From a phage: a stretch of DNA of 64,000 nt. The notes under the pieces were generated by a model, which had not been told where the DNA came from, did no database searches, and saw only the letters and a program-made list of their open reading frames with translations. Positions 19,725 through 29,595 of this stretch are shown here, in pieces. Numbering within the stretch: position 1 is the stretch's first letter; the number at the start of each line of letters is the position of its first letter. A program made the translations under genes and the position numbers. The stretch lies in assembly GCA_012112355.1 (NCBI GenBank), contig GCA_012112355.1_3028.1; one strand, given 5' to 3'.

Positions 19725-19922
19725 TCATTTTACACCATTCCAAATTGTTTCAACCACAGATTTTAAACCATTTTGATGAATATCCATTCCGACTACCGCC
19801 ATCAAATAGATTCCAACTACAACTGAACCTAAGGCAAAAATCAGCATGAAAATGAATAAAGCCGGAAAAATATTATCGAAAAACCATTCAATAAATGTAA
19901 AAGCACTACGTTTACGCTTCAT
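19725..19922 (-). CDS. small membrane protein
   Basis: Track ORF 19725..19943; likely start at the internal ATG (MKRKRSAFTFIEWFFDNIFPALFIFMLIFALGSVVVGIYLMAVVGM...) preceded by ttcctc (GAGGAA on minus). Confidence 0.45.
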   Translation of the reverse strand: MKRKRSAFTFIEWFFDNIFPALFIFMLIFALGSVVVGIYLMAVVGMDIHQNGLKSVVETIWNGVK

Positions 19923-19929
19923 ATTTTCC

Positions 19930-20043
19930 TCACATAAATCCAAAATAAGCGTTTAATACATCAATCATTAAAACGATTGGGAATATACTCAAAACTATTA
20001 GTATTATAACTACATTCCATATAGCTTTAATAATCTTTTTCAT
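19930..20043 (-). CDS. small membrane peptide (~37 aa)
   Basis: Track ORF 19930..20178 is probably over-extended: an early-promoter-like element lies inside it. The internal-ATG product is MKKIIKAIWNVVIILIVLSIFPIVLMIDVLNAYFGFM with an upstream GGAGG. Confidence 0.4.
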   Translation of the reverse strand: MKKIIKAIWNVVIILIVLSIFPIVLMIDVLNAYFGFM

Positions 20044-20071
20044 TTTCTGTTCCTCCGTAGTTGATAGGGTA

Positions 20072-20102
20072 ATAGTACCACGGAAGAACAGTCTTGTAAA
20101 CA
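20072..20102 (-). promoter_or_regulatory. T4-type early promoter (GTTTAC, 18-nt spacer, TGG-TACTAT)
   Basis: Minus-strand sense GTTTAC-aagactgttcttccgtgg-TACTAT; same family as the motA promoter. Confidence 0.45.
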
Positions 20103-20286
20103 ACTTTTTTAAAAATATTCGTAATAAATGTGAATACCAACTACTACCGCTGAAACCTGTGCAACCCACCACGCACAAGCAATAAGTACAGAATTCAAAA
20201 TTTTCATAATAACCTCATCACAAAAGTAAATGTTAAACAAATTACTGGAATACTAATTAACCAAACAAAACACCACCATAATGAAC

Positions 20287-20562
20287 TCATAGCTCAATCT
20301 CAGCGATTTTCATTTCATTACTATTAATAGCCTCTTTAAGACTATCTGAAAGAATTACATTCCAGTGGTCATTCATATGACCATTAACTAAGCGTGTAAT
20401 TTCTTCAGGAGTTGAAAAATAAGGCTGATCAGACTCCCAATGCGATAATCCTAAGCGAGTATAAATCATGCCTTCATCATCGCTCGAATATTCAACTGAC
20501 ACAAACTCATCAGTTATTTTATGTTTAGCGTAATAAAATTTAAATTTCATTTTATTCTCCAA
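20287..20562 (-). CDS. hypothetical protein
   Basis: 91-aa ORF upstream of denB with its own early-type promoter. Confidence 0.5.
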   Translation of the reverse strand: MENKMKFKFYYAKHKITDEFVSVEYSSDDEGMIYTRLGLSHWESDQPYFSTPEEITRLVNGHMNDHWNVILSDSLKEAINSNEMKIAEIEL

Positions 20563-20587
20563 ATCCGTATCAGTAGTTGATAGTTGT

Positions 20588-20617
20588 ATAGTACCACGGT
20601 CCTTGTGGTATGTAAAC
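20588..20617 (-). promoter_or_regulatory. T4-type early promoter
   Basis: GTTTAC-ataccacaaggaccgtgg-TACTAT on the minus strand; flanks are near-identical to the 16931 and 48154 copies. Confidence 0.45.
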
Positions 20618-20634
20618 CGTTTTGTGAAAAAATT

Positions 20635-21192
20635 TTAAATGGAAAGATACCATCCGTTGTAGTTGCTTTTTCTTACAACCTTACGAAGGTCTTCTCTGTC
20701 ACCGATGAACTTCGGAGTGTACTGGATGACACCTGGATGAATTTCTTTAGTGTTGAATATAATTATACAGTCAGCGACTTGATGATTTAGAATGGGCCCT
20801 AAATTTATTCCAGAACCATATGGATACTCTCCGCTGCATCCCGTTGTTACCGAAATCCAACGCGAGTCAGTTTGATGTGTTTTGACTTCTACACGAAGCC
20901 CGCAATATTTTGGATGCGCTAAAACATCCCATGCATACGTGTACGGATCATCGACATTTTCTTGGCCTTTATTGACATATCCGCTTAGCCAATCTGCCAC
21001 AAAAAACTCTGCGTACACAGCGATACGGCATCTTTCGATAACTTCTGCTTTATCCTGGTTCGGGTTTTGTTTTAAAGAGTATCTTGCTGTATCAGCAATT
21101 TTGACCTTCATTTCACTAGTCAAGTCACTGTTCGATAGGGTAAATGTCGGAATCTGAAATAGTCTCTGTAAACCCGGATTCGTTTTCTGCAT
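20635..21192 (-). CDS. denB: endonuclease IV DenB (dC-specific ssDNA endonuclease)
   Basis: 185 aa, same size as T4 DenB, and located next to rIIB as in T4. Confidence 0.75.
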   Translation of the reverse strand: MQKTNPGLQRLFQIPTFTLSNSDLTSEMKVKIADTARYSLKQNPNQDKAEVIERCRIAVYAEFFVADWLSGYVNKGQENVDDPYTYAWDVLAHPKYCGLRVEVKTHQTDSRWISVTTGCSGEYPYGSGINLGPILNHQVADCIIIFNTKEIHPGVIQYTPKFIGDREDLRKVVRKSNYNGWYLSI

Positions 21193-21255
21193 TTAAACTT
21201 TCCTTTATGTCGGAATCATAATTTCTCTTAAAACAAAAGGGCCGAAGCCCTTATT

Positions 21256-21450
21256 TTATTTGAATTGTGCGATTCTTTTCTCTAGACACTCAGCATAAGA
21301 TTTCATTGAGATGAACTGCGAAAGTAGCAGTTCTTGCTCAACTGCGTTAACTGTTAGAAACTTTGCGCTTTCTAAAAATTTGCTCAGTGCATTAATTTTG
21401 AGCATTAATTGATCGTATTCTTCTTTTACTCGTGCTTGATAACCTAACAT
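21256..21450 (-). CDS. hypothetical small protein
   Basis: 64-aa ORF between rIIB and denB, flanked by two GCCGAAGC hairpins. Confidence 0.45.
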   Translation of the reverse strand: MLGYQARVKEEYDQLMLKINALSKFLESAKFLTVNAVEQELLLSQFISMKSYAECLEKRIAQFK

Positions 21451-21482
21451 AATTTTCCTTAATATGATAAGGGCCGAAGCCC

Positions 21483-22421
21483 TTATTTAAATTGTTCAGT
21501 AACGTCTTCAACTACTTCGTATTGGCAGGTACGCATTTTAGCATCGTTGTAATCAATCGGAATTGATACTACATCGCGTGGATGTACTTTAACTTTTACA
21601 ACTCGGCTGGTTGAACCACCGAAGTGACGAATATAAGATTTAGAACACACATGCAGACCACGAGAACAAGTTTGTGTATCATCGTCATTCACACGAGTAC
21701 GCGGCATTTTAACTACTTTACCCGGACTGTTATCAAAGGTGTTTGAGTGACAGTCAAAGTAATTGCTGCGAACTACTTTCCAAGCATAGAAGTAACCATC
21801 TTCTGTAATTTCAATATCGTTTGCTACCAAGAAATCAAAGAGTCGAGATACCGCTTTTTGGCTTGGGTTTTCCAGCAGATTTTCCAAGAACGGAAAATAA
21901 AATTCAAAGTTTTCGCCTTTTTCCATCGAGTCAAGAATACGATCAACCAAACCAGACCGCAATTCGATATTTTGATAGAACAAGCTTCCACCTTCAATTC
22001 GAACATCGCCGGAAATATATTTTTCAACAGCACGGCGAACATTAATTTTTTGTGCAGCTTCTTCCAGCTTATCCGCTACAAGCAGATTAAGAATTTCCTG
22101 GAAGTTTGAATGAGTATTAGGAGTTGCGTTATAAGTTACACCGTCAACAGTAATTGAAATGAATTTTTTAGATGCATTCCAAATAATGTCAGATTTAGCA
22201 ACTGGAGCAATAACTGCATCGCTATTAACTTTAATTGTAATATCACCGCTAATAGTAACTTTAGAGCGTTTAGCTTCTTCAGCATTTTTCAAAACACGAC
22301 GAATTGTGTCAACCGATACACCTTGCCAATCAGCCAATTCCTGTTGGGTGTAATTACCACTTGAATACAGCTTAACAATTTCAGCTTGTTCGTTTTTGGT
22401 CAGGCATTTAATATTGTACAT
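21483..22421 (-). CDS. rIIB: rIIB protein
   Basis: 312 aa as T4 rIIB; MYNIKCLTKNEQAEIVKLYSSGNYTQQELADWQGVSVDTIRRVLKN. Confidence 0.9.
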   Translation of the reverse strand: MYNIKCLTKNEQAEIVKLYSSGNYTQQELADWQGVSVDTIRRVLKNAEEAKRSKVTISGDITIKVNSDAVIAPVAKSDIIWNASKKFISITVDGVTYNATPNTHSNFQEILNLLVADKLEEAAQKINVRRAVEKYISGDVRIEGGSLFYQNIELRSGLVDRILDSMEKGENFEFYFPFLENLLENPSQKAVSRLFDFLVANDIEITEDGYFYAWKVVRSNYFDCHSNTFDNSPGKVVKMPRTRVNDDDTQTCSRGLHVCSKSYIRHFGGSTSRVVKVKVHPRDVVSIPIDYNDAKMRTCQYEVVEDVTEQFK

Positions 22422-22432
22422 AATTTTCCTTA

Positions 22433-24610
22433 TTAGGCCGCAAGGGCCTTCATAGTTTTAGCGATTTGGGAAACTTCATCATCACTTAAAGAGTTGCGAT
22501 AACCGATGAAGTCGGAAACAATACGGAATTTCTTGGTAAACTCAGCAACCATTTTATCACTATTTTTTGAAGCATTACGTGATAATTCATCAAAGAGATT
22601 AGTTACTGTCCAGATATCATGACCGATGGTATCTTTTCCACCATTGAAATACACACCGCGTAATGAACTAACCATATTACCAAGTCGTGTATATTCTTCA
22701 GAAACTTCATCTGTACTGAAGTACTTCATCATAAAATCTAGTTCAGGATACTTGATAATTTTATCAATATATCGTTGAGCTGAACTTGAATAACCTACAT
22801 ACTTATCATAATCTACATCATCAAAAGCATCTACATATAAATCACGTAAAGCTTCAAAAATACATTGGCACTGACCAAGCTCTTTTACCTTTTTCTGCAA
22901 AAGCGGACGAATAACATAAAATTCATTAATGCCAATAAGATTAGCCATACGAATCAAAATATTCATAGATGGATGACAAAGCGATGTAGTACCATCCATA
23001 GAGAAAATATCAGAACGATGCATATACGCTACATACCCAGTAATTTCATCTGCTTCTGATGTGAGCGTAAATAATTCCTCTTTTTCCCAGCGCCCGTCTT
23101 TAATTTCAAACTTAAATGCTGTAGCAGCTTTAGGACGAGGAGCTTTACTTTTAACTATCTTTGGAATATAGCTTTTAACTAAAGCTTCAATTTCTGACAA
23201 ATAATGAATGTTAACTTCATCACTTTCAAACATCGCCATAATATCAGGAAGCAAATCAATCTGCGATTCTACTTCTGGATTAATAAACAGAAGGCGTTCG
23301 TTGTGATGAATATTCAAAGTGTTATTAAATTCACTATCATCTAACGCATGTGCTAATCCACGGACAATATTAACACGATTTTTAATATTATCAATAACGA
23401 TATTAATTTTTGTTGCATTAATACCAAACAGACGATAACTTGATGCAACGGCTGAAGTTTCATGACTTTGCTTAATGCGCTTCAGTCGAGGGTCAAGATT
23501 TACTTCATACACAACTCCTGCATTGCATAACTTACTATCAGGTTCAAACATGCTCTGCATTTTCTTATATGACAGATTTTTAGTCGTGAATTTGACTGAA
23601 TTACTAATCATATAATCTCGAGCAGAATACCCCATCTTCATCAATTCACGATATGTATGACGAGGAGATGTAGATTCTTTAAATCGTTTTACATCTTCAT
23701 TAAATGCTTTCTCACTGAGTTCTTTAACTCGTTCAATGATATTTTTACGAGTGCGATCATCTAGTGAAAGAGCCTCGCGAGATGGAGCAATATCAAGTGA
23801 ACCCATTGGAAACTTAATGTAATTCACTTCATTGCGAATGCTTAGCCAGTTACGGTCTCTAATAACACCATCGATAGGATAAACAATACCGCCATAGATA
23901 GCATATAATCCACCACGATCAGGCCAGTATCTTTCTGGATTTACACCATAATAATCATCAAAATCAGGAAAATAATCAATTTCGCGGTCAAGACCATTAA
24001 TGATAGCCAAATCTTTGAACGGTCGCATGATATAAGAAACTTCATAAGCAAAGTTTCTAAAGTCTTTTTCTTCAACTGGAACTACGATTTCAATACCAGT
24101 TTTATCATCTGGACCCATTTCTTTTACGAATGTAGGTTTAATCTGTGGGCCATCACCATCCATGTAAGCTACATAACCACGAATTTCACCTTTATGATAA
24201 GAAGTAATACTAAATGTATCAGTATAACTAAACGGAGATTTAGAACCTAACCCAAATCCGCCAATGAAATCGTTAGATTCAGCCTTAGATGAACTGAAGT
24301 ATGAATTATACAAACCAGGAGAATTATCATCACCCTGAATATCAAAATCACTCATACCCGGACCAAAATCTCGACAAACAAATCGTGGATCTAATCGTCC
24401 TGGAACTTGAATGATAAATTTTTCAGGATTTCCATTAAGTGCATGAGCATCAATCATGTTAGTAATCAATTCACGGACTACTGCGCGAATCTTGTTTGTA
24501 TACAAATCAGATGATAGAATTTTAAATACTTTAGGATTTGCTGCGATGCTAAATGCTTTTGATTTAGAACCATTACCAAGAATTGTTTCTTTTTCAGTGG
24601 TGATAATCAT
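22433..24610 (-). CDS. rIIA: rIIA protein (GHKL-ATPase-like N-terminus)
   Basis: 725 aa as T4 rIIA; [56 protein letters not shown]. Confidence 0.9.
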   Translation of the reverse strand: MIITTEKETILGNGSKSKAFSIAANPKVFKILSSDLYTNKIRAVVRELITNMIDAHALNGNPEKFIIQVPGRLDPRFVCRDFGPGMSDFDIQGDDNSPGLYNSYFSSSKAESNDFIGGFGLGSKSPFSYTDTFSITSYHKGEIRGYVAYMDGDGPQIKPTFVKEMGPDDKTGIEIVVPVEEKDFRNFAYEVSYIMRPFKDLAIINGLDREIDYFPDFDDYYGVNPERYWPDRGGLYAIYGGIVYPIDGVIRDRNWLSIRNEVNYIKFPMGSLDIAPSREALSLDDRTRKNIIERVKELSEKAFNEDVKRFKESTSPRHTYRELMKMGYSARDYMISNSVKFTTKNLSYKKMQSMFEPDSKLCNAGVVYEVNLDPRLKRIKQSHETSAVASSYRLFGINATKINIVIDNIKNRVNIVRGLAHALDDSEFNNTLNIHHNERLLFINPEVESQIDLLPDIMAMFESDEVNIHYLSEIEALVKSYIPKIVKSKAPRPKAATAFKFEIKDGRWEKEELFTLTSEADEITGYVAYMHRSDIFSMDGTTSLCHPSMNILIRMANLIGINEFYVIRPLLQKKVKELGQCQCIFEALRDLYVDAFDDVDYDKYVGYSSSAQRYIDKIIKYPELDFMMKYFSTDEVSEEYTRLGNMVSSLRGVYFNGGKDTIGHDIWTVTNLFDELSRNASKNSDKMVAEFTKKFRIVSDFIGYRNSLSDDEVSQIAKTMKALAA

Positions 24611-24620
24611 AATTTCCTCA

Positions 24621-24824
24621 TTAATTCATATTACGTTTAATAACTTCAGCAACTTCTAGTAGTTCATCTTTAGTTGCGGTGTCGGATTGAATTTTATCTC
24701 TAATATCCTTAAAGCGGTTTTTAAATTCTTCGGCTTCTCCCATATCGAAAAAGCGTTGAATGATTCTATATTCTCGATGAACTGCTTTATCAAAAAGTTC
24801 TAAATTTACTTTATATGATTTCAT
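24621..24824 (-). CDS. hypothetical protein (rIIA.1-like position)
   Basis: 67-aa ORF immediately upstream of rIIA with an early-type promoter. Confidence 0.5.
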   Translation of the reverse strand: MKSYKVNLELFDKAVHREYRIIQRFFDMGEAEEFKNRFKDIRDKIQSDTATKDELLEVAEVIKRNMN

Positions 24825-24849
24825 TCCAATATCCTCATTTGCCCAATTA

Positions 24850-24879
24850 ATTATACCACATCCTTGTGGTAAAGTAAAC
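24850..24879 (-). promoter_or_regulatory. T4-type early promoter (GTTTAC, 18 nt, TGG-TATAAT) inside the 3' end of gene 39
   Basis: Minus-strand sense GTTTAC-tttaccacaaggatgtgg-TATAAT. Confidence 0.45.
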
Positions 24880-26699
24880 TACTGGCTCATCCATTCTTTA
24901 CGAAGGTCAGCATTATCTCCCATGAGCATTTCAAAAAGCTCTTTCCAGTTCTCAGGAAGTTTAACAACATCATATACCGGATTTTGAATCATCTCACGAT
25001 ATTCAGATTTTTCCAAAGAGCCAAGTCCCTTAATATAACGGATGCTATGTTTAGGTAGAGCATCTTTAGCACTCTCATATTCAGCGACTGTATAAAACCA
25101 TTCTTGTTTTTTACCGACCTGAGCGATGATTACAGGAGTTTTGACAAAGCGAATTCTTCCTTGCTCAAACAATTCTGGCCAATTACTAAAAAATCCGAGC
25201 AGAGAAGGATAAATGCTTCCTAGACCATCATGGTCAGCATCAGTCATAATAGCGATATTATGATAATTCAAGTTTTCAGCTTTTTCACCGAGAACTAATC
25301 CAGTGATTGCGCAAATATCAAATAGTTCTTTGTTTTTAAGCATATCTGCATAAGACATACCCCAACTGTTGAGAACTTTACCACGTAATGGATAACCACC
25401 ATGAAGTTCTTTATCACGAACATCAATAAGATATCCGATAGCAGAATCACCCTCAGTCAAGAAAAGAGTAGTGTCAGCATCTTTACCGCAAAGATTCGCT
25501 TTGATATGTTTATGAACCTTAGCTTTAGAAGCCTTTTTAGCTGCTTTAGTTTCTGCTGCTTTTTCTGCCGCCAATTTACGAGCCAAAGCAGCTTCGATAA
25601 TCGGCATTAGAATTGCTTCATTATTTAGAATAGCGCGTGAAATCTTTTTAGCATCAAGTTGAATATGACTACGGATTTCACCAAATGGAGAAGTCAAACG
25701 CTCTTTAGTTTGAGAATCAAATCGCATGTTTTTCATATCACGAACAAACATAACGATAGTCAAACATTCTTTGACACGTGCTTTAGTTACATCAATTTTG
25801 AACTTACGTTTGATTTGTGGAATAAGGTCTTCACAAATATCATCCATAACACAGTCAATGTGATGGCCACCATTCTTAGTGTGAATGTTATTGACGTACG
25901 TCAACTGACGAAAACCATCCGGTGAACGACCAACCGCAATAGAACAATTTTCTTGTTCTTGAACAATAGCATGTTCATCATACTGTCGTGCATATTTCTT
26001 AAAATTGCCCTGAACCTTTTTACCATTAAAGGTAAATTGAATATCAGGATAAACAACAGCAAGTGTTTGGAGACGATCTAGTGTAATGTCAAGATAAACT
26101 TGGGACAGCTCATTAGTTTCAAATGACATAAAATCAGGAATGAAAGTAACACGGGTTCCTTTCCATTTTCCAGGAATATCTTCCCATGATTTATTTTCCA
26201 TGCCGTTTGAACAACGAACTACAATATTATTTTGACCATCACCAGTTTCACCGACAAACATCACAGAAAAAATGTTTGTCAAACTAGAACCAACACCATT
26301 CATACCGCCAGTGACGCGTTCTTTATCATCACCGAAGTTACCACCCGCTTTTGGAATAGTCCAAGCAGCAACTGGACCAGGAATTTCTTCACCGGTAGGT
26401 GTTTTAACCATCGCTTGTGGAATACCGCGACCGTTATCTTCAACTGTTACCTGATTATTTTTAATGGTAACATTAATTTTATTCGCGAATTTAAACTTAG
26501 TACGAATACCTTCATCGACTGAGTTATCGATAATTTCATCAATAAGCTTAACAAGACCAGGTACATACTGAACACTTTCCCATTTACCAAACAGAAAGCG
26601 CTCATGCATTTCATTAGCAGAAGAGCCAATGTACATGCCACTACGCTTTTTGATATGTTCAATATCGCTCAGAATTTTAATTTCATTCTTAATCATCAC
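24879..26699 (-). CDS. 39: DNA topoisomerase II large subunit (GyrB-like), single uninterrupted ORF equivalent to T4 genes 39 plus 60
   Basis: 606 aa; MMIKNEIKILSDIEHIKKRSGMYIGSS N-terminus. T4 splits this into gp39 and gp60 with a translational bypass; here it is one continuous ORF. Confidence 0.85.
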   Translation of the reverse strand: MMIKNEIKILSDIEHIKKRSGMYIGSSANEMHERFLFGKWESVQYVPGLVKLIDEIIDNSVDEGIRTKFKFANKINVTIKNNQVTVEDNGRGIPQAMVKTPTGEEIPGPVAAWTIPKAGGNFGDDKERVTGGMNGVGSSLTNIFSVMFVGETGDGQNNIVVRCSNGMENKSWEDIPGKWKGTRVTFIPDFMSFETNELSQVYLDITLDRLQTLAVVYPDIQFTFNGKKVQGNFKKYARQYDEHAIVQEQENCSIAVGRSPDGFRQLTYVNNIHTKNGGHHIDCVMDDICEDLIPQIKRKFKIDVTKARVKECLTIVMFVRDMKNMRFDSQTKERLTSPFGEIRSHIQLDAKKISRAILNNEAILMPIIEAALARKLAAEKAAETKAAKKASKAKVHKHIKANLCGKDADTTLFLTEGDSAIGYLIDVRDKELHGGYPLRGKVLNSWGMSYADMLKNKELFDICAITGLVLGEKAENLNYHNIAIMTDADHDGLGSIYPSLLGFFSNWPELFEQGRIRFVKTPVIIAQVGKKQEWFYTVAEYESAKDALPKHSIRYIKGLGSLEKSEYREMIQNPVYDVVKLPENWKELFEMLMGDNADLRKEWMSQ

Positions 26700-26765
26700 T
26701 TATCCTCGTTTGGTTTCGGGAATATTATACTCCGGTAATCATAAAGCTAAAGGCCCGAAGGCCTT

Positions 26766-27035
26766 TTATTTAAAACGAATAGTTGAATCCTTAAAGAACA
26801 GCCCAGAACATACTGTTCCTTCTACTTTCTGCCCGGTAGGTCCAATAGCACGAAATCCAGTATGTTGGAAATCATTTTCAGAGCAACCGAACCAGTTATA
26901 TCCAGTGATTTCAATATTAGTAAAACCACTTGAAGACAAAACTTTAGTTGCATTATCAGCATCAGTACATCCTACTAAAAACACTGCTAATACTAATGCT
27001 GCGATAGAACGATTAATATATTTCATAATTTTCAC
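26766..27035 (-). CDS. predicted lipoprotein
   Basis: 89 aa; MKIMKYINRSIAALVLAVFLVGC signal peptide with lipobox. Confidence 0.55.
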   Translation of the reverse strand: MKIMKYINRSIAALVLAVFLVGCTDADNATKVLSSSGFTNIEITGYNWFGCSENDFQHTGFRAIGPTGQKVEGTVCSGLFFKDSTIRFK

Positions 27036-27403
27036 TTAAATTTAATGGCTTGAAGAAGACTAATAACTCTCAAGCGGCTTCTTTCATCTTTAACTGTAAA
27101 AGAAAGAGGATCGCCAGATTTCATAGTGATAGTGCATTCAAAATCAAAATCTTCTGTAACTTCTTCGAATAGGTCAAATTCTTCATCATAAATTAGAACA
27201 TTACTCTGAAAACTGTGAAGAATTTTTCCATCATTTCCAGATGCTGTACTAATCATTGTGACATTATTACCTTTCATATCTTCAACGATAAATTCGCTTG
27301 TAGATATTACATTACTAATAGAACCATTCCTATAAATAGCAGAAAATAGATATTTCTTTTCTTCACCTTCGCGAATGCGATATTTCTTACCGATTTTAAA
27401 CAT
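27032..27403 (-). CDS. hypothetical protein
   Basis: Track ORF 27032..27409 appears to begin at a GTG; the first ATG gives ~123 aa. Confidence 0.45.
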   Translation of the reverse strand: MFKIGKKYRIREGEEKKYLFSAIYRNGSISNVISTSEFIVEDMKGNNVTMISTASGNDGKILHSFQSNVLIYDEEFDLFEEVTEDFDFECTITMKSGDPLSFTVKDERSRLRVISLLQAIKFK

Positions 27404-27405
27404 AA

Positions 27406-27582
27406 TCACCCTTTAAGTAAGTCGTAAAATCCACCATTCACATGCTTAGGAGCAGAAGGCCGACGAGTAGACAGACGATGACATTTAGGGCAAACATCAT
27501 TTTCTCGTTCAGAAATCTTTTTAATTTTTTCATATTCATGCCCGCAATCTTCGGATTGGCATTTATAATCATACATTGGCAT
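27406..27582 (-). CDS. small zinc-ribbon protein (~58 aa)
   Basis: Manual translation MPMYDYKCQSEDCGHEYEKIKKISERENDVCPKCHRLSTRRPSAPKHVNGGFYDLLKG; CxxxxC...CPKC pairs. Below track cutoff; coordinates approximate. Confidence 0.45.
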   Translation of the reverse strand: MPMYDYKCQSEDCGHEYEKIKKISERENDVCPKCHRLSTRRPSAPKHVNGGFYDLLKG

Positions 27583-27584
27583 AA

Positions 27585-28010
27585 TTATTCCTTAAAATGT
27601 GCTTTCAACATCTGATACAAGGACCATGCCTGTTCATTATTTTCAATAGTAACTTTCATGACAGGAAATTCTGTGAAATCTTCTATTTGTTCTTGCTCTT
27701 TCTCTTCCTGCTCTTGCTCTTCGGCTGCCTGGTATGGATTTTCCACTTCATTAAAGAACTCAGCTTCGCTCGCTGAAAGCCAGATAAAATCTTCATCCAA
27801 AATATCTTTACCAGAAGATAACGCCAATTTTCCACTAGATGTCACAAGTTTAGTAGGACGACCAAGATAGTCAATATCTGTAACTCTAAAAGGTTCCATA
27901 CCTAAACGTCGTGCATAAATTCCGTTTTCAGTATGATATTTAATAAATTTTTCTTGAGCTTGTTTATTTTTAAATTGATACCATTTATTAACTTCAAATT
28001 TAATAGCCAT
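27585..28010 (-). CDS. hypothetical protein; size and position match T4 goF (comC-alpha)
   Basis: 141-aa ORF with an acidic [12 protein letters not shown] stretch; assignment by synteny and size only. Confidence 0.4.
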   Translation of the reverse strand: MAIKFEVNKWYQFKNKQAQEKFIKYHTENGIYARRLGMEPFRVTDIDYLGRPTKLVTSSGKLALSSGKDILDEDFIWLSASEAEFFNEVENPYQAAEEQEQEEKEQEQIEDFTEFPVMKVTIENNEQAWSLYQMLKAHFKE

Positions 28011-28225
28011 TAATAAATTTCCTTCCAGTAAGTTGTTCCATCTTCAGTAATTTCACGAAATACACCATAAATTGGTTGTTTATCACCGACTTTCTCATAC
28101 ACATAAACCGAAGTCAAGTGAGTAAACTTAACGGTATGTTCCTTTTGAACCACTACCAAATCTGGATCAAATAATACATCTTCAAATTCGTCATTAGTGC
28201 AATTCTGAACAATTTTACGTTTCAT
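28010..28225 (-). CDS. hypothetical protein; size and position match T4 cef
   Basis: 71-aa ORF, start overlapping the upstream stop; assignment by synteny and size only. Confidence 0.4.
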   Translation of the reverse strand: MKRKIVQNCTNDEFEDVLFDPDLVVVQKEHTVKFTHLTSVYVYEKVGDKQPIYGVFREITEDGTTYWKEIY

Positions 28226-28238
28226 TACAATTTCCTCA

Positions 28239-28520
28239 TTAATTAAACAGTGGAGCGATACGTTTCAGAAGAGTAGCAGCACCTTTGGCGAATTTTACAT
28301 CATGAAAAACAGTTTCTTCTTCCGTTACAACACGAGCTTTAAAGTTTTCACAATCCCAATTTTTGCGAACAATCTTCAAAAGCTGCAGTAAATCTTTACA
28401 TTCAGCAATATCAATAACACATCCACGAGAATCTTCCATTATCGCACGATAACCATAAGCCATACCGTAATCGTTGAAAGATTGCTCGATGATAATTAAA
28501 TTTTCCATTTTATTCTCCAA
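28239..28520 (-). CDS. hypothetical protein
   Basis: 93-aa ORF preceded by a promoter-like repeat at 28530-28610. Confidence 0.45.
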   Translation of the reverse strand: MENKMENLIIIEQSFNDYGMAYGYRAIMEDSRGCVIDIAECKDLLQLLKIVRKNWDCENFKARVVTEEETVFHDVKFAKGAATLLKRIAPLFN

Positions 28521-28615
28521 GTTGTTTTCTGTATCAGTAGTTGATATTGATATAGTACCATAATCAACTACTGATGTATATAGTTTTATGAAAAAATTTT
28601 AAACTTTATGCAAAT

Positions 28616-29035
28616 TTATGCTAAAGCTGCTTCGCACCATTTTTTAATTTGGAATTCAGGAACTACCATGAACTGGCCTGCAAAAACAATATTGTAGAGC
28701 TTGACACCATCTTCTACCCAACGGTCCGAAATAAAACCAGCGACTTGATTCGTTGTCCATGGAGTTCCATCTGTTGCTGCCGCAATTGTGAATTTATGGT
28801 CTTTTACAACTAAAACTGAAGAACAAAGTTTCCATTTAAATGCGCTTTCTTCTGGCTCAATGAACTGACTTGAGACATAACCAATGTTACCATCAGCGTC
28901 ACGAACTTTAACCTCGTTACGACCAAAAACTGGATCACTTACAGAAAGAACTTCAACCAGCTTTCCTGCAACTTTAGAACGAGAAGCAACGGATACATAT
29001 ACGTAATCACCAGTAGAGAGATTTACAATATTCAT
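28616..29035 (-). CDS. paralog 1 of a three-member family (motB-region position)
   Basis: 139 aa; shares the C-terminal motif FISDRWVEDGVKLYNIVFAGQFMVVPE with the two ORFs upstream. Confidence 0.5.
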   Translation of the reverse strand: MNIVNLSTGDYVYVSVASRSKVAGKLVEVLSVSDPVFGRNEVKVRDADGNIGYVSSQFIEPEESAFKWKLCSSVLVVKDHKFTIAAATDGTPWTTNQVAGFISDRWVEDGVKLYNIVFAGQFMVVPEFQIKKWCEAALA

Positions 29036-29044
29036 AATAATTCC

Positions 29045-29521
29045 TTAAGCTTTACGAGGAGAAGCATAACGAGTGATTTCAGATTCTTCAACAACCCGGA
29101 AGTCACCTAAGAATACGATATTGTATAGCTTTTTACCGTCTTCAATCCATTGGTCTGTGATGAAGCCACACATCCTATCAGTTTTACTTGGACCAGCGAA
29201 ATCATCAATATAATCGAATTCTTCATCAGTTACAAATTCAACGCCTTTACACAACGCCCATTTAAATTGTGCATTAGACTCAGTGGATTCAACTTCTTCA
29301 ACAGAAGTAAAATGAGAGCTAACACGAGTTTCCAGAAATTTAGGACTTACGTAAGCGTACTGAGTTTCAGTTTTTCCAGAACTAGGAATGATTCGAACTT
29401 TAACTTCTTTAACACGACCAGTACCATTAGTACGAAGTCCTACCACTTCAACTAGACGACCTGCAGCTTTAGAACGAGATGCAGATGATACACGCTTAAT
29501 TTCACCAATATTAATAATCAT
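29045..29521 (-). CDS. paralog 2 of the same family
   Basis: 158 aa; FITDQWIEDGKKLYNIVFLGDFRVVEE; N-terminal SASRSKAAGRLVEV similar to paralog 1 (SVASRSKVAGKLVEV). Confidence 0.5.
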   Translation of the reverse strand: MIINIGEIKRVSSASRSKAAGRLVEVVGLRTNGTGRVKEVKVRIIPSSGKTETQYAYVSPKFLETRVSSHFTSVEEVESTESNAQFKWALCKGVEFVTDEEFDYIDDFAGPSKTDRMCGFITDQWIEDGKKLYNIVFLGDFRVVEESEITRYASPRKA

Positions 29522-29565
29522 AGTTATCTCTCACTTGTTAAAAAGATTTTATACTCCACGGAACC

Positions 29566-29595
29566 ATTATACTCTGGTCCCAAGAGTTTGTAAAC
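29566..29595 (-). promoter_or_regulatory. T4-type early promoter (GTTTAC, 18 nt, TATAAT)
   Basis: Minus-strand sense GTTTAC-aaactcttgggaccagag-TATAAT upstream of paralog 2. Confidence 0.4.

Noticed and set aside
21747-22353. Overlapping ORFs on both strands within rIIB (21747..22109, 21821..22045 +, 21824..22042 -, 22159..22353)
   Set aside because: All lie inside rIIB; mutually overlapping in several frames, typical of AT-rich frame noise.
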